From the NCBI GenBank assembly GCA_963701855.1, contig CAVPBK010000006.1, forward strand, positions 608,001 through 672,000: a stretch of 64,000 bases of DNA, in the 5' to 3' direction. The DNA comes from Nitrospirota bacterium. GTDB lineage: Bacteria; Nitrospirota; Nitrospiria; Nitrospirales; Nitrospiraceae. Both the position numbers and the translations under genes were made by a program. Below are positions 50,069 to 59,778 of this stretch, piece by piece; the first letter of the stretch is position 1, and each line of letters starts with the position of its first letter. The notes below the pieces were generated by a model. It searched no databases, had not been told where the DNA came from, and saw only the letters and a program-made list of their open reading frames with translations.

Positions 50069-50107
50069 CTCTCGAACGTGCAGGAGATAGATGCGGTCGT
50101 CCTTCAT
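50069..50107 (-). pseudogene. HepT/DUF86 toxin N-terminal stub MKDDRIYLLHVRE
   Basis: ATGA-coupled to the nucleotidyltransferase; similarity ends after 13 codons at a GGGGACATTC motif. Confidence 0.7.
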
Positions 50108-50394
50108 AGAGGGACAGCTTCAGCATGGATTCGCTGCTCAAGGTATGGACTCAGGCCCTGATCGGTGAGAATGTCGACTTTACGCTGGAGCAGTGTTTCG
50201 AGGTCTTGGCTGAGTTCAATGAGATCGAGCAAGCTGCGCCCATTATCCATTTCAACAAGGAAGTCGACATCGCTTTCCGGACGCGCCTCCCCCCTTGCCA
50301 CGGACCCGAAAATCCGCACATTGTGGGCTCCGTGCGCCTGTGCGAGGCGCAGTATTTCAGGCCGTTTGAATTTGAGTAAGTCCGCGATGCCCAT
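50104..50394 (-). CDS. minimal nucleotidyltransferase (MntA-type antitoxin)
   Basis: IFGSVARGE..PESDVDFLV...KVDI. Confidence 0.9.
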   Translation of the reverse strand: MGIADLLKFKRPEILRLAQAHGAHNVRIFGSVARGEARPESDVDFLVEMDNGRSLLDLIELSQDLETLLQRKVDILTDQGLSPYLEQRIHAEAVPL

Positions 50395-50547
50395 TCTTCA
50401 CTCCCTGAGAAGTCTCTCGTCCTTGGAGGATACCGATTTACTCACGGCCTGACAAGCAGGACTCACAAAGTGTTGGGGTTCTGGAGTGCGCGTGTTCCAT
50501 CGAAAGGTCTTGGAACGACGCTTTTCCAATTCGCTATGCCTCACTCT

Positions 50548-51180
50548 AGGGGAGTGGCCAAGGCTGCCCTTTACTGAGCGCATCGAGCGACCACCGTTTC
50601 ATCGTGGGGGCTCTGCGAGCAAGAAGGGCACCTGGCCATACTTTCCCGTCTCTCGAAACTTCCGCGTTATCTCTCTAGGGATGGGGCCTGATTGATCTCC
50701 TACTGCGCGCGACTTTCTCACCCGCCCACCCAATGGCACGCCGAGACGTGCCATTAACCCGGGCGAGGGCCTTCTGAGGCCGCGCGTTGCGCAAGCACAT
50801 CCCATTTCTCTACATCTCCCTCTCAGGGGAGCGGCCAAGACTGCCCTTGACTGCGCGCATCGAACAAGCACGATTATAAATGGTCCCTCCAAGCTCGCTC
50901 GTATCTTTCCTCACAGGGCGGCCTGGTTGATCCTCGATTGCGCGCGTCGAACGAGGCCCTTCTGAGGGCGCGCGTTCCGCGAGCAGGAGGATGACCAGGT
51001 GCCCAGCCCTTCCTCTGCGAGCAGAAGGGCACCTGGCCGCTCCCCTTCCTCCTCCAAGCTCGCTCGTTATCTCTCGGGGCTGGGGGCTGATTGATCTCCT
51101 ACTGCGCGCGTCCAACGAGGGGAGTCCGCGACCGCGCGTTGCGCGAGCACAGGAGATCAACAGCCCCCATCCCCTCCCCC
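50548..51180. repeat. tandem cluster of family B modules
   Basis: About five linked units with ACTGCGCGC, CTCCAAGCTCGCTCG and GCGCGTTGCGC motifs. Confidence 0.8.
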
Positions 51181-51218
51181 TCTTGAATTTTTGTCCTAGT
51201 GCGGACTATCCTCTCGCC

Positions 51219-51665
51219 ATGAAATTGCCGGATCTTCAGGACGATCCCTATCTGAAAGTGTTGCGGCCGCTGGTCGAAACCTATCTGGCCTTCTGGCGCA
51301 TCGACATCCGCCACATCAAATCTCTGCGGCTGACGCCCTCGCAGTTCGATGTCATCGCCACGCTGGGAGATACGGAGGGCATGACCTGCTCAGAACTCTC
51401 GGCCCATACGCTCGTCACCAAAGGCACGCTCACCGGCGTCCTTGATCGCCTCGTCGCCAAAAGTCTGATCCGGCGGGATGAGATGAAGGGAGATCGCCGT
51501 TGCACCAAGATCTCGTTAACCGTGAAAGGCGATGCGCTCTTTCGAAAGACCTTTGCGGCCCACTTGGCCTTTCTTCGTCCATTCTTTGAACGGGCCTTGA
51601 GCCCCGAAGAAGTGGACCAGACTCGCGCGCTGCTCCTGCGTCTGCGGGATAGCTTCCAAAAATAG
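51219..51665 (+). CDS. MarR family transcriptional regulator
   Basis: LTPSQFDVI, TKGTLTGVLDRL, DRR, LTVKG. Confidence 0.9.
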   Translation: MKLPDLQDDPYLKVLRPLVETYLAFWRIDIRHIKSLRLTPSQFDVIATLGDTEGMTCSELSAHTLVTKGTLTGVLDRLVAKSLIRRDEMKGDRRCTKISLTVKGDALFRKTFAAHLAFLRPFFERALSPEEVDQTRALLLRLRDSFQK

Positions 51666-51742
51666 GTTGAGGTTAAGGCCGAGGCTCAGGATACAATGCA
51701 CCAGATACGCTATCACTCAGCCTCAACCTAGACCTCAACCTC
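51665..51742. repeat. hexamer repeat hairpin (GGTTGA/TCAACC)
   Basis: AGGTTGAGGTTAAGGCCGAGG...CCTCAACCTAGACCTCAACCT; also at 58578-58650. Confidence 0.75.
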
Positions 51743-51751
51743 TGTGAATCT

Positions 51752-52507
51752 ATGCGCGTCACCATCCTCGGCTCCGGCACGAACATACATCCCACGCGAG
51801 CAGCCGCAGGCTATCTCGTCCGCACCGACCAGACATTATTGTTGGACTTTGGCCCGCGCACCTTGGCGAATTTACTAAAAACCGGCGTGAACCGGCATCG
51901 GATTACCCACATTCTCTTCTCCCACTACCACGCCGATCACTTTTCCGACTTCATCACCTACTTTTTCGATGCGATGATCTTTACCAAATACCAAGGAGGA
52001 ACGAGACCGCCGCTCACGGTGATCGGGCCTCACGGGACGAAGAAATTCTTTCAGACCCTCTTCGCTACCCTACCAGGCTTCACGCACGCACCGTTCGCGG
52101 TTCATTTCAAGGACGTAGCCGATCGGGCATTTATGATTGGAGACACGAGAGTGATTCCCCGAACTGTGACCCATACGCAGAACCTCCATTGCCTGGGGTA
52201 TCGAATCGAATATGGAGGGAAGGCTCTGGCCTATTCCGGCGATTCTCAATACTGCGACAGCCTCGTGCGGCTCTGTGGAGACGTCGACCTCGCGGTGTTG
52301 GACTGTTCTTTCCCTGCGAGTCGTCCGAGCCCGGTCCATCTGCATGCCGGTCAATGTGGGCTGGTGGCAAAAGAGGCCGGAGTCAGCCAACTTGTCTTAT
52401 CGCACTTCTATCCGATTACCGACCGATACAATGTGCGGGAACAGGCAGGGGAAGCGTTCGGAGGAAGGATTGTGGTTGCGCGGGACTTGATGGCAATCAA
52501 ACTCTAG
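51752..52507 (+). CDS. MBL-fold metallohydrolase (RNase Z/BN-like)
   Basis: LGSG, SHYHADH, YSGD, LSHFYP. Confidence 0.88.
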   Translation: MRVTILGSGTNIHPTRAAAGYLVRTDQTLLLDFGPRTLANLLKTGVNRHRITHILFSHYHADHFSDFITYFFDAMIFTKYQGGTRPPLTVIGPHGTKKFFQTLFATLPGFTHAPFAVHFKDVADRAFMIGDTRVIPRTVTHTQNLHCLGYRIEYGGKALAYSGDSQYCDSLVRLCGDVDLAVLDCSFPASRPSPVHLHAGQCGLVAKEAGVSQLVLSHFYPITDRYNVREQAGEAFGGRIVVARDLMAIKL

Positions 52508-52723
52508 CAGGCTACTGAAAAAGCCGCCCTTCTCACCCGCCCAACCCTGGCGCGCCGAGATGCGCTTTTTCCCATGCTGCGTTCTCCCCTCGAAAGCATC
52601 CACAACGTAGCCCACTCGGAGAACAAGTTGTCTTGGCAGCTTGGGGTGGGCGGGTGAGAAATGCTACGCCTCCGGTGCTTTCTTCGGCTGCGGCCTTGCT
52701 GGACGGACTTTTTGAGCAGCCTG
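52508..52723. mobile_element. family A element, long variant
   Basis: Begins right after the TAG stop; close match to 59558-59773. Confidence 0.82.
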
Positions 52724-52839
52724 CGTAGGTTTTTCGCACTATGGCTAGAAGCTATGAGTTCGTTGCGCGGGTAGCTATCTAGTCTGTCCTGTCTGCTTCG
52801 TCTCTCTTGTTCATCGCACCAGACAGACCTCTGCGCCGG

Positions 52840-53700
52840 CTAGAGTCCGCCTTCGCGGTTATCGCACCCCAGGATCTCGATGAATTTCGTCAGGCGGGCC
52901 TTCCTGAGGGGATCGTCGAGTTTGGCATAGATGGCCAAGAGGTTCTTGATCATGCGAGAGAGAATCGAGCGCACCGGACTCTGCTGCAAGTACTTCTCGT
53001 CAAATCCATAGCCGGCTTCCGTGAGAAACCGCTGGCAATTCTTCTCGGTCAACAACGCTCCTCCGTTGAAACAATCGACGAAGACTTTGTAGCGATCCGA
53101 TTCGTACTTCACTAAGAAATGGCCCGGCATCCCGATCCCATGAACCGGAAGACCCAGCCGCTTGCCGACAAGGAGGTAGACCGTCGAGAGGCTGATCGGA
53201 ATACCCGTTCGCCGGTCGATCACACAGTTGAGGTAACTATTTTCCAGCTCATAATAATTCTTCGTGTTGCCTTTGAAGCCCATCTCCGTGAAGAAGTACC
53301 GGTTCAACGTCTTGATCGTTTCCTCTCCAGAGGCTCGCGGACCGATCCGATCTTGTACTTCCTGCGCCATTTCATCGAGCTGTCGCGTATACGAGGTGAC
53401 AGACAGGGAAGGATAAGCATACCGGGCAATCAGAAAGGCGCCCTGTTCAAGATCCATCGGGCCATCGGGTAACGCCGCCAACTGCGTGAGTTCATCTTCG
53501 AGATTTCCACCACGGATTTCCTCGAGCACCGAGACAAGGCGGTCGGCCATTTCCGGCTGTTCGATTTCCGCTTCCTGAAGCAGGGGAACTGCAGTGGGGC
53601 CGATGTCGATGAGTTTCCCGCTGATGGTCCGGACGATCTTCTCGTCCTCATCGGCCAGCAGTCGGATCAGGGCCCGGATTTGGCTCTCGTTTACCAGCAT
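52840..53700 (-). CDS. transglutaminase-like SirB1 family protein
   Basis: GFKGNTKNYY..NSYL..VIDRRTGIPISL, GMPGHF. Confidence 0.85.
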   Translation of the reverse strand: MLVNESQIRALIRLLADEDEKIVRTISGKLIDIGPTAVPLLQEAEIEQPEMADRLVSVLEEIRGGNLEDELTQLAALPDGPMDLEQGAFLIARYAYPSLSVTSYTRQLDEMAQEVQDRIGPRASGEETIKTLNRYFFTEMGFKGNTKNYYELENSYLNCVIDRRTGIPISLSTVYLLVGKRLGLPVHGIGMPGHFLVKYESDRYKVFVDCFNGGALLTEKNCQRFLTEAGYGFDEKYLQQSPVRSILSRMIKNLLAIYAKLDDPLRKARLTKFIEILGCDNREGGL

Positions 53701-53726
53701 GGTGGGACCCCCGGAAAGCCCGCCCA

Positions 53727-54506
53727 TTAGCCCATCGCCCGACGGAATACTTTGGCGCTCCCATAGAGACAGAGGCCGTCGAATATCACCATGACGACCA
53801 CCACCATCCCGACATGCGGAAGCGCATCAGTCCAGCCGGAAAGGATCAACGGCCGCACCGCGTCGATCGCCCAGGTCATTGGATTGAAACGCGCCAGGAA
53901 CCCCATCCACGCAGGCATCCCCGCCAAGGGCACCAAGGCCGAGCTCAAGAAAATCATCGGGAGCGACAGAAACCCAAGGACCGAAAAGAAATCGCCGTGA
54001 CTTTTCACGGAAAAGGCCATCGCCATGGAAATCGCCGTGAGGCCGACGCCAAAGAGCATCCCGATCATGAGAATTGTGGCGATGCCGAGAAGCCCCGTCG
54101 CCGGCTGAACGCCGAACAGAAAGGCCACCCCGAGGATCACGAGCACTTGGAGCGAGGTAATCGTCATGACGAAGATGAAGCGGCTCAGGATCACGGAACT
54201 CCGATGGATCGGCGTGGTCATCAACCGCTCCAAAAATCCATTCTCCTTATCGAACAAGAGGTCGACGCCTCCGGCGAGTCCATTGTTGAGCACCGTCATG
54301 ACAACCACGCCGGCCGTCAGGAAACTGATGTAGTCCGGGGCCTGCGTCACTTGCACATCCGCAGCCCGCTGGAACAGGTTGCCGAAAAAGATCAACCAAA
54401 ACAGCATCGGCTGCACCAACGTGAACAACATGCTGAATTTCTCGCGGCTGAGCCTCCGGACCCACCGCATCGTCAACGCATGAATTTCTTGCCAGTACTC
54501 CGCCAC
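53727..54506 (-). CDS. ABC-2 transporter permease
   Basis: Six TMs, DKENGFLERL, NPMTWAIDA. Confidence 0.9.
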   Translation of the reverse strand: MAEYWQEIHALTMRWVRRLSREKFSMLFTLVQPMLFWLIFFGNLFQRAADVQVTQAPDYISFLTAGVVVMTVLNNGLAGGVDLLFDKENGFLERLMTTPIHRSSVILSRFIFVMTITSLQVLVILGVAFLFGVQPATGLLGIATILMIGMLFGVGLTAISMAMAFSVKSHGDFFSVLGFLSLPMIFLSSALVPLAGMPAWMGFLARFNPMTWAIDAVRPLILSGWTDALPHVGMVVVVMVIFDGLCLYGSAKVFRRAMG

Positions 54507-54515
54507 TGTCTCTCC

Positions 54516-55487
54516 TTATACGGTCTGAATATCTTGGACCGATTCGGTCATGGACCGCCCCGTATGGGCGATGAACACATCATCCAACCGCGGCCGGTGG
54601 TACTCGATAAATTCCAGTTGGCAATCCAATCGATTGGCAGACTCGAGGATCGCGGGCAGGGCCTTCTCGGGCGAATCGACCCGGATATCCAGGCCCGTCG
54701 GCGTCGCTTTCACCGCTCGCATCGCCGGTTGCCCTGTCAACGCAGTGACCAACGTGGGAATCTTACTCCGGTCCTTCAAGGTCAATGACACGATATCGCC
54801 GCCCAGCCCGATCTTCAGCTCAACCGGCGATCCGAGTGTCTTAATCTTGCCTCCATCGATGATGGCCAGCCGATCGCAGAGCTGGTCCGCCTCATCCAAA
54901 TAATTCGTTGTCATCACGATCGTCATACCGCGCGCCTTCAACATCCGCACATAGTCCCAAATCCTGAGCCGGCTCTGCACATCCAAGCCCAACGTCGGCT
55001 CGTCGAGGAACAAAATCTTGGGATCAGGCAAAAGACCACAGGCAATGTCGAGCTTTCGCTTCATCCCTCCAGAGTAGGTTTTCGCCGCGCGATCGGCAGC
55101 CTCTTCCAGATCCACGAGCTTCAACAATTCGGCAATGCGTCTTGCGGCCTCGGCCTTGGGCAAGTGATACAGGGCGCCGAGCAGTTCGAGGTGTTCCCGC
55201 CCGGTGAGAAAGCGATCGATGGCCCGTTCTTGAGGCACGTAGCCGATGAGTCGGCGGACGACATCCGCCTCGCGGACCGTATCGTGGCCCAATACGCTGG
55301 CCGTGCCGGACGTCGGCGTCAGCAGCGTGATAAGTGTCCTGAGCGTGGTGCTTTTCCCTGCTCCGTTCGGCCCCAGCAGACCGAAAATCTCGCCTGCATA
55401 GACCTCAAACGACAGATCGGAGACGGCCGTATGTTTATCGTAGGCCTTCGTGAGCCGGGACACCTGGATCGCAATGGCGCGATCCAT
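54516..55487 (-). CDS. ABC transporter ATP-binding protein (DrrA-like)
   Basis: GPNGAGKS, YSGG, LDEPT. Confidence 0.92.
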   Translation of the reverse strand: MDRAIAIQVSRLTKAYDKHTAVSDLSFEVYAGEIFGLLGPNGAGKSTTLRTLITLLTPTSGTASVLGHDTVREADVVRRLIGYVPQERAIDRFLTGREHLELLGALYHLPKAEAARRIAELLKLVDLEEAADRAAKTYSGGMKRKLDIACGLLPDPKILFLDEPTLGLDVQSRLRIWDYVRMLKARGMTIVMTTNYLDEADQLCDRLAIIDGGKIKTLGSPVELKIGLGGDIVSLTLKDRSKIPTLVTALTGQPAMRAVKATPTGLDIRVDSPEKALPAILESANRLDCQLEFIEYHRPRLDDVFIAHTGRSMTESVQDIQTV

Positions 55488-56176
55488 CAGCCCCGGCCCT
55501 TCGCGCCAGATTGGTCGTGCATCATGAACTCGATGAGGTCGTTGAGACGGCGGGCTTGTTGGTGAAGACTGTCGGCTTCCAACAGAAACTGCTTTTCCAA
55601 CGGCGTACACTCTAAATAGGTAGATAGGGTATTGACGAAAATCTCGTCGCTGACTTCTTCCCGGAAAAACTCCTGCCATGTGGGCGCGTCGTCGCGGGAC
55701 CGGAGATAGGACTCCAGAGTGGTGAACAGGTGTCGGCGGACTGTGGGATCCAGCGACGTCTCTGTGCCACGAATGGTCACCGCGATCGTGGCCTCACGAT
55801 AGGCTTTGTCATACCACTCACGTTCAATCTCAAACCGCTCCAGCCCCTGCAGCAGGATGTTGGATCGGCCATCGGCCAGTGGCTGCACGCTGGCCAATCG
55901 ACCAGCACAGCCCATCGAGTACACGGGCGGATGGCCATAATAGTCCGTTTCCCATCCATCCTTGAGGAGGGCCATGCCGATGCACTGCCCGCTCATCGCC
56001 GCATCCGCGACCATGGCACGGTAGCGTGGTTCAAAGATATGCAGGGGAAGATAGGTCTTGGGGAACAGCACAACGTTCGGAAGCGGAAACACCGGAATCC
56101 GAGCCGGAATGGTAAACGGCACCGCACTGTTGGGCTGGTCACGCCCCGGTTGCTCTCGCTCATGATCGGTCTGCAT
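55487..56176 (-). CDS. LON peptidase substrate-binding domain protein
   Basis: PVFPLPNVVLFP, LHIFEPRY, DGRSNI. Confidence 0.88.
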   Translation of the reverse strand: MQTDHEREQPGRDQPNSAVPFTIPARIPVFPLPNVVLFPKTYLPLHIFEPRYRAMVADAAMSGQCIGMALLKDGWETDYYGHPPVYSMGCAGRLASVQPLADGRSNILLQGLERFEIEREWYDKAYREATIAVTIRGTETSLDPTVRRHLFTTLESYLRSRDDAPTWQEFFREEVSDEIFVNTLSTYLECTPLEKQFLLEADSLHQQARRLNDLIEFMMHDQSGAKGRG

Positions 56177-56344
56177 GAAGCACGATAGCTGATGGTCGAT
56201 AAAGTTGTCAACGGCGAGAGATAGACATCACTCACCCGTCGAGTTGATAAAAACCCTTATCAACACAGGAGATTTGTGCCGGCTGCCGGAGCATGGTATA
56301 AGCGCACGGTGCGAGTCTTTCACCTCACGGACGATCCTTTACCC

Positions 56345-57478
56345 ATGCGAAAATTGCCGTGCTATCTCCGGCATCTCCTATTCCTTGCAGGCAGTCTGCT
56401 GGTCGTCGTGCCCGGACTCGCAGCCGATACTGCAGAGGAATTCCGCTTCGCCACGGAAGGCTATCGATATTCATTCCCGCGCGATCACGGGGCGCATGAG
56501 GAGTTTCGCACCGAATGGTGGTACTACACCGGCCAGGTTACGGCGAAGGACGGCAGGCCATTCGGCTATGAACTCACCTTCTTCCGCCGTGGCATGCCGC
56601 GCGATCAAACGAAAACCCTGCCGTCGCAGTGGGCCGTCACGCACCTGTACCTGGCCCATTTCGCCATAAGCGATCTCCGCAAGGGCCGGTTTTACTATGC
56701 AGATAAAATGAGCCGGGCCGGTTTGGGCAAGGCCGGTGCAACGCAGGATGGGCTCCATGTCTGGGTCGATCGGTGGAGCGCCGAATCGCCATCGGCTCCC
56801 CCCGGCACTCAAACCCTCCAGGCAGCAGACGGCGACATGGCCATCCAATTCACGGTCTCGCCGGAAAAACCACTGGTCATACATGGCACCAACGGAATCA
56901 GCCGCAAAGGCTCAGTCACAGGACAAGCCTCTCACTACTATTCCTTCACCAGACTGGCCACAACTGGCACCGTCATGATCGGAAATGAATCGTTCGACGT
57001 GACCGGCACAAGTTGGATGGACCATGAGTTCGGATCCGCCGATCTCGACAAGGATCTGGTCGGATGGGACTGGTTCAGCCTGCAACTCGACGACCAGAGA
57101 GAACTCATGCTCTATCGACTCCGCCGGGCAGACGGATCAGCCCATCCAGCCTCAAGCGGCACGTTGATTGACCGAGACGGACTGGGGCATCATCTTCTGC
57201 TCGAAGACTTCACACTCGAACCAACCAGTTATTGGACCAGCCCTGCGAGCAAGGCCCGCTACCCGCAGCGTTGGCGCCTGACCATTCCCTCACAACAGCT
57301 TTCACTGGAACTCGTCCCCCGCATGGCCGACCAGGAGCTTGCTCCCAAGCACAGCAAACAAATGATCTATTGGGAAGGCGCCATCGAAATGACCGGCACG
57401 GCGCAGGGAAAGCCAATCCACGGACAGGGCTATATGGAACTCACCGGCTACGCAGAACGGATCCCCGGTAAGTTGTAA
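56345..57478 (+). CDS. AttH/CrtC-like lipocalin-domain protein
   Basis: FPRDHG, TEWWY, SWMDHEF, GWDWF, YWEG, GYMELTGY. Confidence 0.88.
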   Translation: MRKLPCYLRHLLFLAGSLLVVVPGLAADTAEEFRFATEGYRYSFPRDHGAHEEFRTEWWYYTGQVTAKDGRPFGYELTFFRRGMPRDQTKTLPSQWAVTHLYLAHFAISDLRKGRFYYADKMSRAGLGKAGATQDGLHVWVDRWSAESPSAPPGTQTLQAADGDMAIQFTVSPEKPLVIHGTNGISRKGSVTGQASHYYSFTRLATTGTVMIGNESFDVTGTSWMDHEFGSADLDKDLVGWDWFSLQLDDQRELMLYRLRRADGSAHPASSGTLIDRDGLGHHLLLEDFTLEPTSYWTSPASKARYPQRWRLTIPSQQLSLELVPRMADQELAPKHSKQMIYWEGAIEMTGTAQGKPIHGQGYMELTGYAERIPGKL

Positions 57479-57515
57479 CAGGATTGGTCACCTTGACTCA
57501 GCGCTGAATCCTATT

Positions 57516-58583
57516 ATGATGAGGTCTCTCGCTACTACACCCATGCTGATTCGAACTGCCTCGCAGATCGCTCAACTCGCCTCTCTGATGCTCCTGTTGT
57601 TCTGTGTCGGCTGCGAGAAGGAAAGCCAGGCGATCGTCTCCATCGCGCTGCATCCGACGAACGCGAACATTCTTTATGTGGCCACGAACGACGCGGTCTA
57701 TAAATCACGCGACGAGGGCCGGTTATGGGAACGGTTCCCGAGTTTCAGCGCCAGACGGGTGACGACACTCGCTATCGATCCTGAATTCCCCGCCACGATC
57801 TATGCCGGCACGATGGCCGATGCCGTCTACAAGAGCCCGGATGGCGGCCAACATTGGCTCCCCCACAACGTCGGGCTCAAAGAGCACGTCTCTTTTATCA
57901 ATCAATTCGTCTTTCACCCGACAGACCACGATCAAATCTACGCCGCCACGACCGTCGGCGCCTTTTATACCAAAAACGGTGGACGTGAATGGGAAGAACG
58001 CATGGCCGGGATGAAGGAGGTCCACATCGTGGTCTCCATTGCCATTCATCCTCGCGATCCTCGGGTTCTCTATGCGGGAACGACAGGAGGGGTCTACCGA
58101 TCCGATAGCGCGGCAATGGAATGGAAGAAAATTAATACTGGACTGATTCCAGAACAGGAGCTGATGGGGGGAATGGCGCTGGGAGTGAATGTGATCGTCT
58201 TCGATGTGGTCAATCCGGACATCGTCTATGCCGGAACCACGAAGGGCCTTTTCCGCACCGCAACGCGCGGGGAACAGTGGGAGCGGATCGGGCAATCGCT
58301 CCCCGATCTGTTCGTGAGCAGTATCCTCCTCGACCCGACACAGCCGAAGACTCTCTACATCGGAGGGCCGGGGGGAGTCTGGAAAAGCTCCGACAGCGGA
58401 CAATCCTGGAGGTCAATCAACAGCGGACTGGGCTCACTCAATATTCGCACCCTGGCGATGAGCCAGCGCGATCCGCGCCTCCTCTATGCCGGCACGAATG
58501 GCAGCGGCCTCTACCGCTCGACTGATGCCGGCGCAGCCTGGACGTCCCTGCCGCTCAAAGCCGCACCTCCAGGCGCAGGCTGA
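57516..58583 (+). CDS. BNR/Asp-box beta-propeller lipoprotein
   Basis: Lipobox-like VGC; repeated KSxDGGxxW motifs. Confidence 0.82.
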   Translation: MMRSLATTPMLIRTASQIAQLASLMLLLFCVGCEKESQAIVSIALHPTNANILYVATNDAVYKSRDEGRLWERFPSFSARRVTTLAIDPEFPATIYAGTMADAVYKSPDGGQHWLPHNVGLKEHVSFINQFVFHPTDHDQIYAATTVGAFYTKNGGREWEERMAGMKEVHIVVSIAIHPRDPRVLYAGTTGGVYRSDSAAMEWKKINTGLIPEQELMGGMALGVNVIVFDVVNPDIVYAGTTKGLFRTATRGEQWERIGQSLPDLFVSSILLDPTQPKTLYIGGPGGVWKSSDSGQSWRSINSGLGSLNIRTLAMSQRDPRLLYAGTNGSGLYRSTDAGAAWTSLPLKAAPPGAG

Positions 58584-58650
58584 GGTTGAGTTCAAGGCTG
58601 AGCGAATACACTCCGTATTCCGGCTCAACCTTAGCCTCAACCTTAACCTT
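58578..58650. repeat. hexamer repeat hairpin between convergent genes
   Basis: GGCTGAGGTTGAG...CTCAACCTTAGCCTCAACCTTAACC. Confidence 0.75.
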
Positions 58651-59134
58651 TTAGTATCCAGTCTTCGCCCCCGCGCCACCGTGTTGGTATCGACTGCTGT
58701 AGGCCAGCATCTGGTCAGACAAGGCCTTCCACTCCTCGACCGTCATGAGGTCCTTCATCCTGAAACGGAGTGAGAGAATCTTCGCGGCCGACTGCATCCG
58801 CAAATTGTTTGCGTCATCTAGGACTTTGGTGAACTCCTCCGGAGTCGCCGCGTAGTTTGCGCTCAACTCATACAGCCGGCGGTGCCCCGCACGCTCCTGC
58901 TCGCGGCTGGCTTTCAATTCCGCAACGATCTCGCTCACGACCGATTTGACTTGTCCGGCTTTCTCCTGATCTTTAACGGTCCGATCGATCAAGGCCGTCC
59001 ATGTCCTGCTGGCCTTTCTGCCAATAGGCATCGCCTTTACCTCCACCGGACATCCCATAATGATAGTGGGACGAACAACCGGCCAAGGCGAGCACGGCAA
59101 CAATTCCAAGAACATATCGCTGAATACGCTTCAT
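58651..59134 (-). pseudogene. lipoprotein with a single frameshift near 58999
   Basis: MKRIQRYVLGIVAVLALAGC...QQDM continues as TALIDRTVKDQEK... after removing one G; possible assembly error. Confidence 0.7.
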
Positions 59135-59212
59135 TTACGAGCCTCCTTGTATATAAGTATGGATAACAGGTTGTCGCAACGACGGTACTTCCCGTATCAT
59201 CATTCGGCCATT

Positions 59213-59557
59213 ATGTCTGAACCTGTTGCTTCCTCACCCGATCACACCTTAGCTCTTCGAGAGGAGTTCCGTCATCACCTCGAAACATTCTACGCCCGGC
59301 TCAAGCTGGCGCCGCCCTATGAGAGCGTCGAGAAGGCTGTTCGTTCCCTCACGACCTCAGTTCACGCATTGCCGCCGTTGGAGCGAGCGCGTCTGGCCAC
59401 CGATGCGACCGCGCGATGGCAGTACTTTTGCCAGGCCTTTGAATCGTCCGGGCTCAGTAAGAAGCATCGAGGCATTATTGCAGGTCTTGCCCGCAACCGG
59501 TCCAGCCTGAATCTTCCCGCCGAATACGATCTATTCCTGAATCTATATCTCTCCTAA
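59213..59557 (+). CDS. hypothetical protein
   Basis: 114 aa helical ORF. Confidence 0.65.
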   Translation: MSEPVASSPDHTLALREEFRHHLETFYARLKLAPPYESVEKAVRSLTTSVHALPPLERARLATDATARWQYFCQAFESSGLSKKHRGIIAGLARNRSSLNLPAEYDLFLNLYLS

Positions 59558-59773
59558 CAGGATGCTGAAAAAGTCGCTCTTCTCACCCGCCCGACCCCGA
59601 CGCGCCGAGACGCGCCTTTTCCCGTGCGGCGTTCTCACCTCGAAAGCATCCTCAACGTAGCCCACTCGGAGAACAAGCTGTCTTGGCAGCTTGGGGTGGG
59701 CGGGTGAGAAATGCTACGCCTCCGGTGCTTTCATCGGCTGCGGCCTTGCTGGACAGCCTTTTTGAGCATCCTG
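59558..59773. mobile_element. family A element, long variant
   Basis: Begins right after the TAA stop; CAGGATGCTGAAAAAG...CTTTTTGAGCATCCTG. Confidence 0.82.
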
Positions 59774-59778
59774 CTAAT

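Noticed and set aside
50548..51180. Possible CRISPR array in the tandem repeat clusters (also 10383-10970)
   Set aside because: Units are long, degenerate and mosaic, lack constant-length unique spacers, and no cas genes are present
53814..54788. Long antisense ORFs (also 20346-21215, 3977-4834, 9370-10221)
   Set aside because: Shadows of well-supported genes on the opposite strand in GC-rich DNA
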